A stretch of DNA of 64,000 bases from Candidatus Wildermuthbacteria bacterium. GTDB lineage: Bacteria > Patescibacteriota > Minisyncoccia > Minisyncoccales > PEYH01. This document shows positions 10,521-20,164 of the stretch, piece by piece (positions within the stretch are counted from its first letter, which is position 1; each line of letters starts with the position of its first letter). Under the pieces are notes generated by a model that searched no databases, had not been told where the DNA came from, and worked only from the letters and a program-made list of their open reading frames with translations. The DNA lies in assembly GCA_037445205.1 (NCBI GenBank), contig JBBIKX010000001.1, forward strand, positions 8,767 through 72,766, written 5' to 3'. The position numbers and the translations under genes are program-made.

Positions 10521-11088
10521 AGATATGACCGTAAGAATAAAAGAACAATTTGGAGAAAAGATAAACCTGAAAATGAAGGAGCTTTTTGGATATCGAAGCC
10601 GTCTTTCAGCGCCCAAGATAAAAAAGGTTGTTGTAAATGTCGGATTCGGAAATTTGGTGGCTAACAAATCAAAGCAAGAGAGAGAAAAAATATACGAAGA
10701 AATAGCCAAAGATTTAGCGATCATAACCGGGCAGAAACCGATTGCCACCAGAGCAAAAAAATCCATTGCGGCTTTTAAAGTAAGAAGCGGCATGGCTTTA
10801 GGCGCCAAAGTAACTCTTAGGCGCCAGAAAATGAATGATTTTTTGGAAAGATTGATTAATATCGCCCTTCCCCGCACAAGGGATTTTAAGGGCATTGATC
10901 TTAAATGTATTGATCAGGGAGGCAATTTGAATTTTGGAATTAAAGAGCAGATTTCTTTTCCCGAGATTGCCCCGGAAAAGATTAAAAGAATTTTTGGTTT
11001 TGAAATTACCATAGTGACAAGCGCAAAAAGCCCAAAAGAGGCGATAGAATTATTTAAACTGCTTGGCTTTCCCTTAAAAAATCAATAA
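10513..11088 (+). CDS. rplE: 50S ribosomal protein L5
   Basis: Contains VVVNVGFG and FPEI motifs; conserved gene order. Confidence 0.95.
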   Translation: MTKDMTVRIKEQFGEKINLKMKELFGYRSRLSAPKIKKVVVNVGFGNLVANKSKQEREKIYEEIAKDLAIITGQKPIATRAKKSIAAFKVRSGMALGAKVTLRRQKMNDFLERLINIALPRTRDFKGIDLKCIDQGGNLNFGIKEQISFPEIAPEKIKRIFGFEITIVTSAKSPKEAIELFKLLGFPLKNQ

Positions 11089-11097
11089 GATTTAAAT

Positions 11098-11283
11098 ATG
11101 GCTACAGAAGCGCAAATATACAAATCTTTAAAAAATCCGAAATTCAGCTCAAGAATTATGAGAAGATGTTTTAGATGCGGAAGAAAAAAGGGATATCTGA
11201 GAAAATTTGGCCTTTGTAGAATTTGTTTCAGAGAATTAGCGCATAAAGGCCTTATTCCCGGAATCAGAAAATCAAGCTGGTAA
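11098..11283 (+). CDS. rpsN: 30S ribosomal protein S14, short zinc-ribbon type (type Z)
   Basis: 61 aa with [21 protein letters not shown]. Confidence 0.95.
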   Translation: MATEAQIYKSLKNPKFSSRIMRRCFRCGRKKGYLRKFGLCRICFRELAHKGLIPGIRKSSW

Positions 11284-11305
11284 ATTACATTTATTAAAAA
11301 AAGAT

Positions 11306-11692
11306 ATGGATTCAATCGCAGAAATGCTAATTAGGATAAAAAACGCCCAATCCGCAGGGAAGCCGACGGTGGATGTTGATTATTCTTCCGTAAAATATCA
11401 AATAGCGAATATTCTTGTAAAGAAGGATTTTCTTGAGGCGGTGGAGCGGAAATTCAAAAAGCAAAAAAAGTTTTTAAGATTAATTTTAAAATATGTAGAC
11501 AAAGAGCCGAAAATGAGGGGAGTAAAAAGGATTTCCAAGCCGGGGAGAAGAGTTTATTTGCCGTCTAAAAAAATAAAATCTTCAAAAGGAGTTTTTAGCG
11601 TTGTTATTGTCTCTACCTCTCAGGGGATAATGTCTCACATAGACGCGCGAAAGAAGAATTTGGGAGGAGAAATTATTTGTGAAGTCTGGTAA
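11306..11692 (+). CDS. rpsH: 30S ribosomal protein S8
   Basis: Contains IAEMLIRIKNA and GGEIICEVW. Confidence 0.96.
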   Translation: MDSIAEMLIRIKNAQSAGKPTVDVDYSSVKYQIANILVKKDFLEAVERKFKKQKKFLRLILKYVDKEPKMRGVKRISKPGRRVYLPSKKIKSSKGVFSVVIVSTSQGIMSHIDARKKNLGGEIICEVW

Positions 11693-11694
11693 AT

Positions 11695-12246
11695 ATGTCC
11701 CGCTTATCAAAAAAACCAATTGTTATTCCCGCCGGCATAGAAGCCGAGATTTTGCAAGGCACGATTAGGATAAAAGGCCCCAAGGGCGAGCTTTCTTTTA
11801 CTTTACATCCAAAGATAGAGATTTTAAAAGAGAGCAAAAAAATAAAAATTAAGACAAAAACCCTGACAAAGAAAACGAAATCTCTTTTGGGCCTTAGTAT
11901 AAGAATGATTTGCGCAATGATTGAGGGGGTTATTAAGGGATATGAAAAACAGTTAATAATAGAAGGAGTTGGATATAAGGCGAACGTAGAAGGAGAAGAT
12001 TTGATTTTGGAGGCGGGCTTCTCTCATAAGGTGAAAATGAAAATTCCCGAGGGCCTGAAAATAACTGTTGCCAAGAATGTTATCAGCATCTTGGGCGCAG
12101 ACAAGCAGGTTGTTGGCGAATTTGCCGCCAGAATTAAAAAAATAAAACCGCCCGAGCCGTATAAAGGAAAGGGGATTAGATATGCAAACGAAAAAATCAA
12201 AAAGAAATTTAGCAAAAAAGCAACTGCGGCCGCCAGCGCCGCTTAG
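11695..12246 (+). CDS. rplF: 50S ribosomal protein L6
   Basis: Contains SRLSKKPIVIP and EPYKGKGIRY. Confidence 0.96.
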   Translation: MSRLSKKPIVIPAGIEAEILQGTIRIKGPKGELSFTLHPKIEILKESKKIKIKTKTLTKKTKSLLGLSIRMICAMIEGVIKGYEKQLIIEGVGYKANVEGEDLILEAGFSHKVKMKIPEGLKITVAKNVISILGADKQVVGEFAARIKKIKPPEPYKGKGIRYANEKIKKKFSKKATAAASAA

Positions 12247-12262
12247 CGGATTCATATAAAAA

Positions 12263-12688
12263 ATGCCCAGCAAATTATCAAAAATTAAAAAAAGAATAAG
12301 AAGGCATAAAAGATGCAGAGCAAAGATTTTTGGCACGGCGCTAAAACCGCGACTTTGCGTTTTTCGCTCAAATAAACATATTTATGCGCAGTTGATTGAT
12401 GATGAAAAAAGAAAAGTATTGCTGTCGGCAAGCGATTTTGAAGTTAAGGGCCAAAAAAACAAAGCGCCATCTTTAAAAATTAAGGATAAAAACAAAAATG
12501 ATTCAAAAAAAGAGGATATTTTGCAAAGCGTTAAAAGGTCTATTGCTTATAAGGTTGGAGCTTTAATCGCCCAAAAAGCTTTTGCCAAAAAAATCAAAAA
12601 AATAGTCTTTGACAGGGGCGGATATAAATATCATGGCCGGGTTAGAGCGCTTGCAGAGGGAGCGCGCAACGAAGGTCTGGAATTTTAA
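12263..12688 (+). CDS. rplR: 50S ribosomal protein L18 (with an internal K-rich insertion)
   Basis: Contains PRLCVFRSNKHIYAQ and FDRGGYKYHGRVRALAEGAR. Confidence 0.94.
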   Translation: MPSKLSKIKKRIRRHKRCRAKIFGTALKPRLCVFRSNKHIYAQLIDDEKRKVLLSASDFEVKGQKNKAPSLKIKDKNKNDSKKEDILQSVKRSIAYKVGALIAQKAFAKKIKKIVFDRGGYKYHGRVRALAEGARNEGLEF

Positions 12689-12693
12689 TTTTT

Positions 12694-13170
12694 ATGGAAA
12701 AAAAAGGTTTTAGAAAATTTAATCAAAAGCCGGCGGATGATTTTGTTTCCGAGTTTTTGGAAGTGAGGAGGGTGACAAAGGTTACAACCGGAGGGAAGAA
12801 ATTAAGATTTCGCGGCATTGTTGTTATAGGCGATAAGAAGGGAAAGGTTGGTTTGGGAGTGGCAAAGGGAAAAGATGTCGCCCAGGCGATTGAAAAAGCA
12901 GAAGCATCGGCAAGAAAAAATATAATTGATGTGCCCATCGTTGAGGGAACCATACCGCACGAAGTTATGGCAAAATTCGGCGCGGCAGTTATTCTTTTAA
13001 GACCCCAAAGAAAAGGAAGGGGGTTGGTTGCGGGCGGAACAGTGAGGGTTATTTGTCAGCTTGCAGGCATTAAAAACATTTCTTCAAAAACCCTTGGAAC
13101 AACAAGAAACAAGCTGAATAACGCCCGGGCAACTCTTAGAGCGATAAAGCAATTAAGGATAAAAAAGTAG
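12694..13170 (+). CDS. rpsE: 30S ribosomal protein S5
   Basis: Contains RVTKVTTGGKKLRFRGIVVIGD. Confidence 0.96.
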   Translation: MEKKGFRKFNQKPADDFVSEFLEVRRVTKVTTGGKKLRFRGIVVIGDKKGKVGLGVAKGKDVAQAIEKAEASARKNIIDVPIVEGTIPHEVMAKFGAAVILLRPQRKGRGLVAGGTVRVICQLAGIKNISSKTLGTTRNKLNNARATLRAIKQLRIKK

Positions 13171-13173
13171 TTT

Positions 13174-13617
13174 ATGCAAATTCACCAGATTAAGCCAAAA
13201 AATCCCCGCAAAAGGAAAAAACGGATCGGAAGGGGAGGCAAAAGAGGGGTTTTTTCCGGAAAGGGAACCAAAGGACAGAAATCGCGCGCAGGAAGAAGAA
13301 TGCAGCCCCTTATCAGAACCCTCATTAAAAAATATCCAAAACTCAGAGGATATAGCTTTAAGGCAAAAAATAAAAATCAAAATTCAAAAATCGCCGCTTT
13401 GAATATAGAAACCTTAGAAAAACAATTTCAAGACGGGGATAAGGTTTCTTTTAAGAGTTTGCTTGAAAAAAGAATAATTCGTAAAATAAAAGGAGCAGCG
13501 CCCAGAGTAAAAATTTTAGGAAGGGGCAATTTAAACAAAAAAATTACAATTGAAAAATGCATGGTTTCCAAAACCGCCCGGGAGAAAATTAAAAAAACGG
13601 GCGGAAAGATTTTATAA
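13174..13617 (+). CDS. rplO: 50S ribosomal protein L15 (follows S5 directly; no L30 gene)
   Basis: Contains KRIGRGGKRG and GQKSRAG. Only 3 nt separate it from rpsE. Confidence 0.94.
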   Translation: MQIHQIKPKNPRKRKKRIGRGGKRGVFSGKGTKGQKSRAGRRMQPLIRTLIKKYPKLRGYSFKAKNKNQNSKIAALNIETLEKQFQDGDKVSFKSLLEKRIIRKIKGAAPRVKILGRGNLNKKITIEKCMVSKTAREKIKKTGGKIL

Positions 13618-13620
13618 TTT

Positions 13621-14913
13621 TTGAAAATGTGGTCTGGCAAGCTTTTACAAATTTTTAAAATACGCGATTTAAGGAAAAAGATTTTCTTCGTTTTGCTGAT
13701 TTTTATTGTTTTCAGAATGATGGCAAACATTCCCGCGCCGGGAGTAAATACGGAAAATTTAAAAGAATTCTTTCAAAGATTTCAGGTCTTTGGCCTGATG
13801 AATATTTTTGCGGGCGGGGCGATGGAAAATGTTTCTATCGCCATGCTTGGATTGGGTCCCTATATTACAGCTACCATTATTTTTCAGCTCTTAACCCTTA
13901 TTTTTCCAGCTCTTGAGAGAATGTATAAGGAAGAAGGCGATGCGGGGAGAAAAAAATTCAATCAATATGCAAGAATTGTAACTGTGCCGCTGGCTCTTGT
14001 TCAGGCATATGCGATGCTTTCCTTTTTTCAAAAACAGAACGCGGTGAGTTTTGATTCTTCGTTTTCTCTTTTGGCGTCTGTGGTGGCGGTGACGGCGGGC
14101 AGTATTTTTCTGATGTGGCTTGGAGAATTAATTACAACAAGGGGTATCGGCAATGGCGTATCCCTTTTAATTTTTGCGGGAATTGTCGCGCGCCTGCCCC
14201 TAAATATCTGGGAAATAATGGTGAAATGGGAACGTTCCCAAATTCCATTCTATGCTTTGTTTTTGGCATCAATATTCGCGATTATATTCGGAGTTGTTTT
14301 TGTGACAGAGGCCAGAAGGAATATTCCCGTCTCCTACGCCAAAAGGGTGAGAGGGTCAAAAATTTATGGAGGGGTTTCTACGTATCTTCCTATGAGTGTT
14401 AATCCTGCGGGGGTTATTCCGATTATTTTCGCCCTTTCCATTATGATTTTTCCGGGGATGATCGCTAATTTTTTAACGGGCGCAGGGGGCAAAGTTGGTC
14501 TTGTTGCTCAGGCAATAGCGAATTTTTTTGATCCCCAAAAACATCCCTTTGGGCATGGCGCTATGTATTTCGCCCTTGTTTTCATCTTCACATATTTTTA
14601 TACGATGGTTACTTTTGATCCCAAAACTATTTCTTCTAACTTGCAAAAAATGGGCGGATTTGTTCCCGGTATTAGGCCCGGAACATCAACGGTGCAACAT
14701 CTTTCATTCATACTGCACAGGGTTTTATTTATCGGAGCCCTTTTTCTAGCCGCGATCGCTGTCATGCCTTCTATTATTCAGGGAATAACAAGAATAACTG
14801 CTCTGCAGTTTCTAATCGGGGGTACTTCTGTTTTGATTATGGTGAGCGTTATTTTGGAAATGGTGAAGCAGATTAATTCTCAGCTCCAGATGCGGGAGTA
14901 CGAAACAATTTAA
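13621..14913 (+). CDS. secY: Preprotein translocase subunit SecY
   Basis: 430-aa polytopic protein with GLGPYITATII; spc-operon position. The start could be the ATG at 13627. Confidence 0.95.
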   Translation: MKMWSGKLLQIFKIRDLRKKIFFVLLIFIVFRMMANIPAPGVNTENLKEFFQRFQVFGLMNIFAGGAMENVSIAMLGLGPYITATIIFQLLTLIFPALERMYKEEGDAGRKKFNQYARIVTVPLALVQAYAMLSFFQKQNAVSFDSSFSLLASVVAVTAGSIFLMWLGELITTRGIGNGVSLLIFAGIVARLPLNIWEIMVKWERSQIPFYALFLASIFAIIFGVVFVTEARRNIPVSYAKRVRGSKIYGGVSTYLPMSVNPAGVIPIIFALSIMIFPGMIANFLTGAGGKVGLVAQAIANFFDPQKHPFGHGAMYFALVFIFTYFYTMVTFDPKTISSNLQKMGGFVPGIRPGTSTVQHLSFILHRVLFIGALFLAAIAVMPSIIQGITRITALQFLIGGTSVLIMVSVILEMVKQINSQLQMREYETI

Positions 14914-14936
14914 TTGCGCCTCTTTTGACCTAAAAC

Positions 14937-15656
14937 ATGTCGGAGTTAAAAAAAATAGACAGCCAGAGGATTATTATTGTTATTGGACCTCCGGGATCGG
15001 GCAAGGGAACTCAGGCAATTCTTCTTGCCGATAAATTGGGGTTATATTATTTTGAAACAAGCAAAATAATAGAGCTTAACGTGATGAATGCAAAGAAAGG
15101 AGAGTGGCAGATGGTTGAGGGTAAAAAATATTTTCTTGAAAACGAAAAAATAATATGGGAGAAAGGGGGATTGTGCAGTCCGCCGATAGTAACTTTTTGG
15201 GTCAAGGAAAAAATTAAAAATTTGGCAAACGAAAATCAAGGTATTATTTTTGCGGGTAGTCCTAGAACTATTTACGAAGCAGAAAACCTAATGCCTCTGC
15301 TGGAAAAACTTTATAAAAAAGAAAATATCAAGATTGTTTTGTTAGATTTGCCCCCGGAGCAGACATTGTGGCGCAATTCAAGAAGAAAAATCTGCACATT
15401 AATGCGCCATCCGATTATTTATCATCAGGAAACAAAAAAACTGAAAATTTGCCCGCTCGACGGCTCTAAGCTGGTGACAAGAGTGGGGCTTGACAGTAAA
15501 AAATCAATCAAATTAAGAGTTGAACAGTATCAAATCAGAACCTTTCCGGTTATAGACTATCTCAAGAAAAACCAATACGAAGTTGTAAAGATAAACGCGA
15601 TGCCCGCTCCATCAATAGTTTTTTCCGATATTTGCGACGCACTTGATATAAAATGA
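14937..15656 (+). CDS. adk: Adenylate kinase
   Basis: P-loop GPPGSGKGTQA; follows secY. Confidence 0.9.
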   Translation: MSELKKIDSQRIIIVIGPPGSGKGTQAILLADKLGLYYFETSKIIELNVMNAKKGEWQMVEGKKYFLENEKIIWEKGGLCSPPIVTFWVKEKIKNLANENQGIIFAGSPRTIYEAENLMPLLEKLYKKENIKIVLLDLPPEQTLWRNSRRKICTLMRHPIIYHQETKKLKICPLDGSKLVTRVGLDSKKSIKLRVEQYQIRTFPVIDYLKKNQYEVVKINAMPAPSIVFSDICDALDIK

Positions 15657-16405
15657 GAGAAATTCCCGTTAAAACCAAAGAAGAAATAGAAATTATGGCC
15701 AGGGCCGGAAAAATCCTGGCTTTAATTTTAGATTCTTTAAAAAAAGAGATTCGAGCCGGCATAAAAACAAAAGATTTAGACTTAAAGGCCCGTCAATTAA
15801 TTAATTTTTACAAAGCGAAGCCAGCTTTTCTGGGATACGATAATTTTCCGGCTGTTTTATGCGTTTCCGTGAACGACATAATCGTCCACGGAGTGCCCTC
15901 TGATCATCAATTAAAAACAGGGGATATTATAAGCCTGGATCTTGGAATAAAATATGGCGGTTTTTATGTTGATATGGCGGTTACGATGCCGGTTGGAAAA
16001 GTTGATTCCGAGGCCTTAAGATTGATAAAAACCACAAAAAAAGCGCTCAAAAGAGCAATCAAAAAAGTCAGGCCCGGGAACACTTTTGGCGATGTCAGCA
16101 ACACTATTCAAAGATATATTGAGAAGCGGGGATTTTTTGTGATAAAAGATCTGTGCGGGCATGGCATCGGGAAAAAGCTTCACGAACCGCCGGAAATTTT
16201 AAATTATGGCAAAAGAAAAACAGGTCCTTTGTTGCGCGAAGGAATGGTTTTTTGTATAGAGCCAATGGCTTCAATCAGCGCTGAAAAAACAAAAAAATCC
16301 GATGATATCTGCGGATACAAAACGATTGATGGATCTCTGTCCGCCCATTTTGAACATACAGTGGCAGTGACAAAAAATGGGGCAAGGATTCTCACTAAAA
16401 TTTGA
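15653..16405 (+). CDS. map: Methionine aminopeptidase type I
   Basis: 250 aa with HGVP, GHGIG and FCIEP motifs; follows adk. Confidence 0.94.
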   Translation: MREIPVKTKEEIEIMARAGKILALILDSLKKEIRAGIKTKDLDLKARQLINFYKAKPAFLGYDNFPAVLCVSVNDIIVHGVPSDHQLKTGDIISLDLGIKYGGFYVDMAVTMPVGKVDSEALRLIKTTKKALKRAIKKVRPGNTFGDVSNTIQRYIEKRGFFVIKDLCGHGIGKKLHEPPEILNYGKRKTGPLLREGMVFCIEPMASISAEKTKKSDDICGYKTIDGSLSAHFEHTVAVTKNGARILTKI

Positions 16406-16430
16406 CGATTGGATCATATTATATTACTAT
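16402..16430 (+). promoter_or_regulatory. Candidate promoter of cassette A
   Basis: TTGACG(16402-16407, overlapping the map stop), 17-nt spacer, TACTAT(16425-16430). The predicted +1 falls at TCCC (16437). Confidence 0.4.
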
Positions 16431-16461
16431 AAAGAATCCCAAAAAAGATAAGGAGGTAGTG

Positions 16462-16839
16462 ATGAGAAGGATAACGCTTTTAGTAGGACTAGTTCCGCTT
16501 TCGCTCTGCACGGTTTTGGCGAGTCATTTCCTTGAGCTGCGCGGTTTCCATTACGAGCAAGCCGCTGTCTTATTTCTTCCTTTCTTAATATGGCTGACCT
16601 TATTGCGGCTTGTGGAAGGGTCAAGGGCTTGGATAGCTTGGATCGGATTTGGAACCGCCAGCGCATTGGGCGGTTTCGTTGTTTTTTCGGTGGTTCTGCA
16701 TCATCTTGCAGAGTGGAAAATAGGCCTTTGTCTCATCATGTTAGTTGCCTACTGTTTTGCCTGTGGGTTCGTTGGCCTGCTTGGTTACGATATCTGGAAG
16801 CTACAGCGCCACAATCGCGACAAGAAGAAAAAATCGTAA
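16462..16839 (+). CDS. Small integral membrane protein, about 4 TM helices, 125 aa, no recognised family
   Basis: AAGGAGGT at 16450-16457 lies 4 nt before the ATG at 16462. The ORF-track start at 16402 is an upstream in-frame extension. Sequence is hydrophobic (LLVGLVPLSLCTVLA..., GGFVVFSVVLHHL...) with GC-rich codons. Confidence 0.7.
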   Translation: MRRITLLVGLVPLSLCTVLASHFLELRGFHYEQAAVLFLPFLIWLTLLRLVEGSRAWIAWIGFGTASALGGFVVFSVVLHHLAEWKIGLCLIMLVAYCFACGFVGLLGYDIWKLQRHNRDKKKKS

Positions 16840-16882
16840 CAAAGCAGAGCCGGGCAGATGGGGAAATTGAGGTTGGGATGTC

Positions 16883-16917
16883 GGGGGCATAGCTAGGCCC
16901 CCTTTTTCTTTTTTTGA
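16883..16917 (+). terminator. Rho-independent terminator of cassette A
   Basis: GGGGGC(16883-16888) pairs with GCCCCC(16897-16902), followed by TTTTTCTTTTTTT. Confidence 0.7.
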
Positions 16918-16961
16918 AAAAGATGATAGAATAAAAAAGATAAAGAATTAATTTAAAAAAA

Positions 16962-17696
16962 ATGAAACTATCAATAATTATTCCCGCGTACAACGAAGAA
17001 AAAAGACTGCCCAAAACGCTTTTATCGATAGATAAGCATTTGAAAGGACAATCTTATGAATATGAGATTATTGTTGTAAGCGATGGTTCAAAAGACGACA
17101 CCGCAAAGATGGCTAATGATTTAAAGCCCAATGTTTCAGGCCTGAAAGTGATTGACAACAAGGAAAATCACGGCAAGGGATATGTCGTGAGGCAGGGAAT
17201 GCTTGAGGCAAGAGGAGATTATCGCATTTTCAGCGATGCTGATAATTCTACCACCATTGATCAGGTTGAAAGAATGTGGCCTTGGTTTGAAAAAGGATAC
17301 GACATCGTCATAGGATCAAGAGATGTTGAGGGTTCTGTTTTAAATCCTCCCCAGCCCTGGCTCAGAAAAGTTATCTTTGGAGGAGGGTTCAAGCTGGTCA
17401 GAAAATTTATAATCGGCCTTTGGAATATAAATGATACCCAGTGCGGCTTTAAATGCTTTACAAAAAAAGCCGCGGAAGACATTTTCTCTTCTTCAAAAAT
17501 TGACGGCTTTGCGTTTGATGTGGAAATACTGGTTTTGGCGAAGAGAATGAAGCATAAAATCAAAGAAATACCAATTACCTGGATAAATGACGTTGAGTCA
17601 AAAGTGAAATTAAAACATGTTTTCAAAATGTTTTTGGAAATGCTTAAATTGAGAAAGGATTTAGTTTTTGGAAAATATGGAAAAAGAAGAATCTAA
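16962..17696 (+). CDS. Family 2 glycosyltransferase (polyprenol-phosphate sugar transferase-like)
   Basis: Contains SIIIPAYNEE, VVSDGSKDDT and DADNS motifs. Confidence 0.85.
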   Translation: MKLSIIIPAYNEEKRLPKTLLSIDKHLKGQSYEYEIIVVSDGSKDDTAKMANDLKPNVSGLKVIDNKENHGKGYVVRQGMLEARGDYRIFSDADNSTTIDQVERMWPWFEKGYDIVIGSRDVEGSVLNPPQPWLRKVIFGGGFKLVRKFIIGLWNINDTQCGFKCFTKKAAEDIFSSSKIDGFAFDVEILVLAKRMKHKIKEIPITWINDVESKVKLKHVFKMFLEMLKLRKDLVFGKYGKRRI

Positions 17697-18726
17697 TCCA
17701 TTTCCGTCACAGCTGCGCTATGATTTGGTTTCAAAAGACTGGGTAATTATCGCCACGGGCCGGGCAAAAAAACCCCAGCTTTTTAAGCAGGCAAGAAAAC
17801 CCCAACAAGCAGTCAGGAGAAAAGATTGCCCATTTTGCAAAACAGAAACGCAATTGTTGCCCACCCTTGTTTTTTCCAATGGAAAAAGACAAGACCTGAA
17901 AAAAAACAATGGCAAAATTCCAAAAAATTGGACAACCGTCGTTATTCCCAACAAATACCCGGCCCTTTTACCCCACCCCGATCTTGGTAAAAAAATGGAA
18001 GGCGGGCTTTATCAAACAATGAACGCGGTCGGTTTTCACGAGGTTGTGGTTACCAGAAATCATCAAAAAACAATGGCAAAGTTTTCTTTAAAGGAAGCAA
18101 AAGAACTTATGGATGTTTATCAGGCAAGATATCTTGATTTAATGAAGAAAAAATTCGTAAATTATATTTCCATATTTCATAACCATGGCCAGGCGGCCGG
18201 CGCCTCCATAGAACATCCTCACTCTCAAATTATTACAACGCCCCTGATCGATTCGGATTTAAACAAAGCGCTTATCAACGGCCATAGATATTTTAAGAAA
18301 TTCAAAGAATGCATCTATTGCAGGATGAATAGATGGGAAATAAGAGCGAAAAAAAGAATTATTTTTGAAAATAAAAATTTTATTGCCGTTTGCCCTTTTG
18401 CCTCTAAAGCCGCTTTTCAGGTCATTATATCGCCCAAAAAACACCTTTCTTATTTTGAGCGAATAACAGAAAAAGAAAAAATTGATTTGGCAGATGCTTT
18501 TAGAACGGCTTGCGCAAAGCTTGAAAAAGGCCTAAATAGCCCCGCTTATAATTTTTATCTTCACACCGCCCCTTGCGACAGAAAAAAATATCCCTTTTAT
18601 CATTGGCACTGGACTATTATTCCCAAGACATCGACTTGGGCCGGTTTTGAAATCGGCACAAGAATTGAAATTTCCACCATTGAGCCCGAAAAAGCAGCGC
18701 AGTATTTAAGAGAACAAAGGACTTAA
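17668..18726 (+). CDS. galT: Galactose-1-phosphate uridylyltransferase (HIT superfamily)
   Basis: CPFC zinc motif and HPHSQ active-site motif. Confidence 0.85.
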   Translation: MENMEKEESNPFPSQLRYDLVSKDWVIIATGRAKKPQLFKQARKPQQAVRRKDCPFCKTETQLLPTLVFSNGKRQDLKKNNGKIPKNWTTVVIPNKYPALLPHPDLGKKMEGGLYQTMNAVGFHEVVVTRNHQKTMAKFSLKEAKELMDVYQARYLDLMKKKFVNYISIFHNHGQAAGASIEHPHSQIITTPLIDSDLNKALINGHRYFKKFKECIYCRMNRWEIRAKKRIIFENKNFIAVCPFASKAAFQVIISPKKHLSYFERITEKEKIDLADAFRTACAKLEKGLNSPAYNFYLHTAPCDRKKYPFYHWHWTIIPKTSTWAGFEIGTRIEISTIEPEKAAQYLREQRT

Positions 18727-18840
18727 GTTTTTTGTAATGGGGAAAAATATATCTGGAAAGCATAGAGGGGGTTGGCACGAGATTTACGCTTGTTTTTCCG
18801 TTTGCAAGACAGAGCTACTTAAAATCAGCTCAAAAGTCTT

Positions 18841-19587
18841 ATGAATAAAACAATAATTATAGCAAACTGGAAATGCAATCCGAATTCTCTAAAAGAGGCA
18901 AAAAATATTTTTGGAAAAATCAAAAAATCCCTTAGCCGTTTTAAAAAGATAGAAATAGTGGTTTGCGCGCCATTTGTCTATCTTTTTTCTTTAAAAAATA
19001 TCGCGGGAGGGAATATTCTTCTGGGCGCCCAAGATGTTTTTTGGGAAGAGGGGGGAGCGTTTACAAGCCAAATTTCTTCTTTAATGCTTAAAGACGCCGG
19101 ATGCAAATACGTGATAATTGGCCATAGCGAAAGAAGGAGATTCGGAGAGAGCGATGTAACGATAAATAAAAAGATTAAGAAGGCGATTTCTTTTGGGTTA
19201 AATGTTATTTTTTGTGTTGGGGAAACAAAGGAGGAAAGAGAAAAAGGAAGGACGTTTGAAGCGGTGTCAGGGCAGTTAAAAATTGGGTTGGGCGGTGTAT
19301 CAAAAAACTTGACGAAAAATATCATTATCGCCTATGAGCCGGTTTGGGCGATAAATCCGGGAAAACCCTGTTTATATGACGACGCCATGACAATGAATAT
19401 TTTTATTAAAAAAAATCTTGTTAAAATTTTTGGAAAGAATTTTTCCCAGAAAATAAGAATAATTTACGGAGGGAGCGTTGATTCCCAAAACGCAAAAGAT
19501 TATATAGAAAAAACGCTTATGAAAGGATTATTGGTTGGATCCGCTTCTTTAACAGAAGATTTTATAAAGATAGCAAAAAAAATATAA
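18841..19587 (+). CDS. tpiA: Triosephosphate isomerase
   Basis: Contains ANWKCN, IIGHSERR, AYEPVWAI and YGGSV. Confidence 0.94.
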   Translation: MNKTIIIANWKCNPNSLKEAKNIFGKIKKSLSRFKKIEIVVCAPFVYLFSLKNIAGGNILLGAQDVFWEEGGAFTSQISSLMLKDAGCKYVIIGHSERRRFGESDVTINKKIKKAISFGLNVIFCVGETKEEREKGRTFEAVSGQLKIGLGGVSKNLTKNIIIAYEPVWAINPGKPCLYDDAMTMNIFIKKNLVKIFGKNFSQKIRIIYGGSVDSQNAKDYIEKTLMKGLLVGSASLTEDFIKIAKKI

Positions 19588-19635
19588 TTTCTTGTTTTCG
19601 CCTGACCTTTTTGATAGTATATACAAAGAAATTTT

Positions 19636-20145
19636 ATGAAAGACATAACTTTCGGAAGGTTTTTTAATCCCACAAAGGGCTATATTGATTTTTCAGAAGT
19701 TTTAAATGAAATCTTTTTTTATTTTCAGGAGAGGCCGGAAAAATTTTATGAAGTTGTTTTGGGCTGCGATTCGTCTTCCCAAAAAGAGCCATTTTTTCCT
19801 GTGGCCATTGTTGTTTTAAGAAGAGGGGAGGGCGGAAGGTTTTTTTTGAAAAAAATCAAATATCGCCATAGAAAATTTTATAATCATCAACAAAGGATTT
19901 TAGAAGAAGTTTTTTTGTCCTGTCAGATGGCGCTTATCATAAAAGATAGGATTAACAATGAAATCAGGGGGAAAATACCAAATTTAAAATTGGAATTTAA
20001 ATATATCCATGCCGATGTGGGAACAAATGGATTGACCCGCGATATGATAAAGGAAGTGGTTGGATTGATCAAGGGGAACGGATTCGAGGCAAAAATCAAG
20101 CCCGAATCTTTTGCGGCTACGATTGTAGCCGATCGCTACTCCTAA
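19636..20145 (+). CDS. RNase H-like YkuK/DUF458-type protein (tentative)
   Basis: 169 aa. The GCDSS and HADVGTNG pattern resembles the YkuK family by eye only. Confidence 0.5.
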   Translation: MKDITFGRFFNPTKGYIDFSEVLNEIFFYFQERPEKFYEVVLGCDSSSQKEPFFPVAIVVLRRGEGGRFFLKKIKYRHRKFYNHQQRILEEVFLSCQMALIIKDRINNEIRGKIPNLKLEFKYIHADVGTNGLTRDMIKEVVGLIKGNGFEAKIKPESFAATIVADRYS

Positions 20146-20164
20146 AAAATCAATAAAAAAGCCA

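Larger units (their letters stand above)
16402..16917 (+). other. GC-rich foreign cassette A (promoter, SD, ORF, terminator)
   Basis: G+C jumps sharply here (16621-16680 counts 33/60). The ORF track shows stop-poor ORFs piled up on both strands. A canonical SD is present, unlike backbone genes. Confidence 0.65.

Noticed and set aside
16427-17014. ORFs 16427-16666(-), 16590-16892(+) and 16736-17014(-), and the ORF-track start at 16402 for the cassette A protein
   Set aside because: These are shadow ORFs of the GC-rich cassette. The 16402 start is just an in-frame run-on from the map stop region. The SD-ATG pair at 16450-16464 defines a cleaner start.
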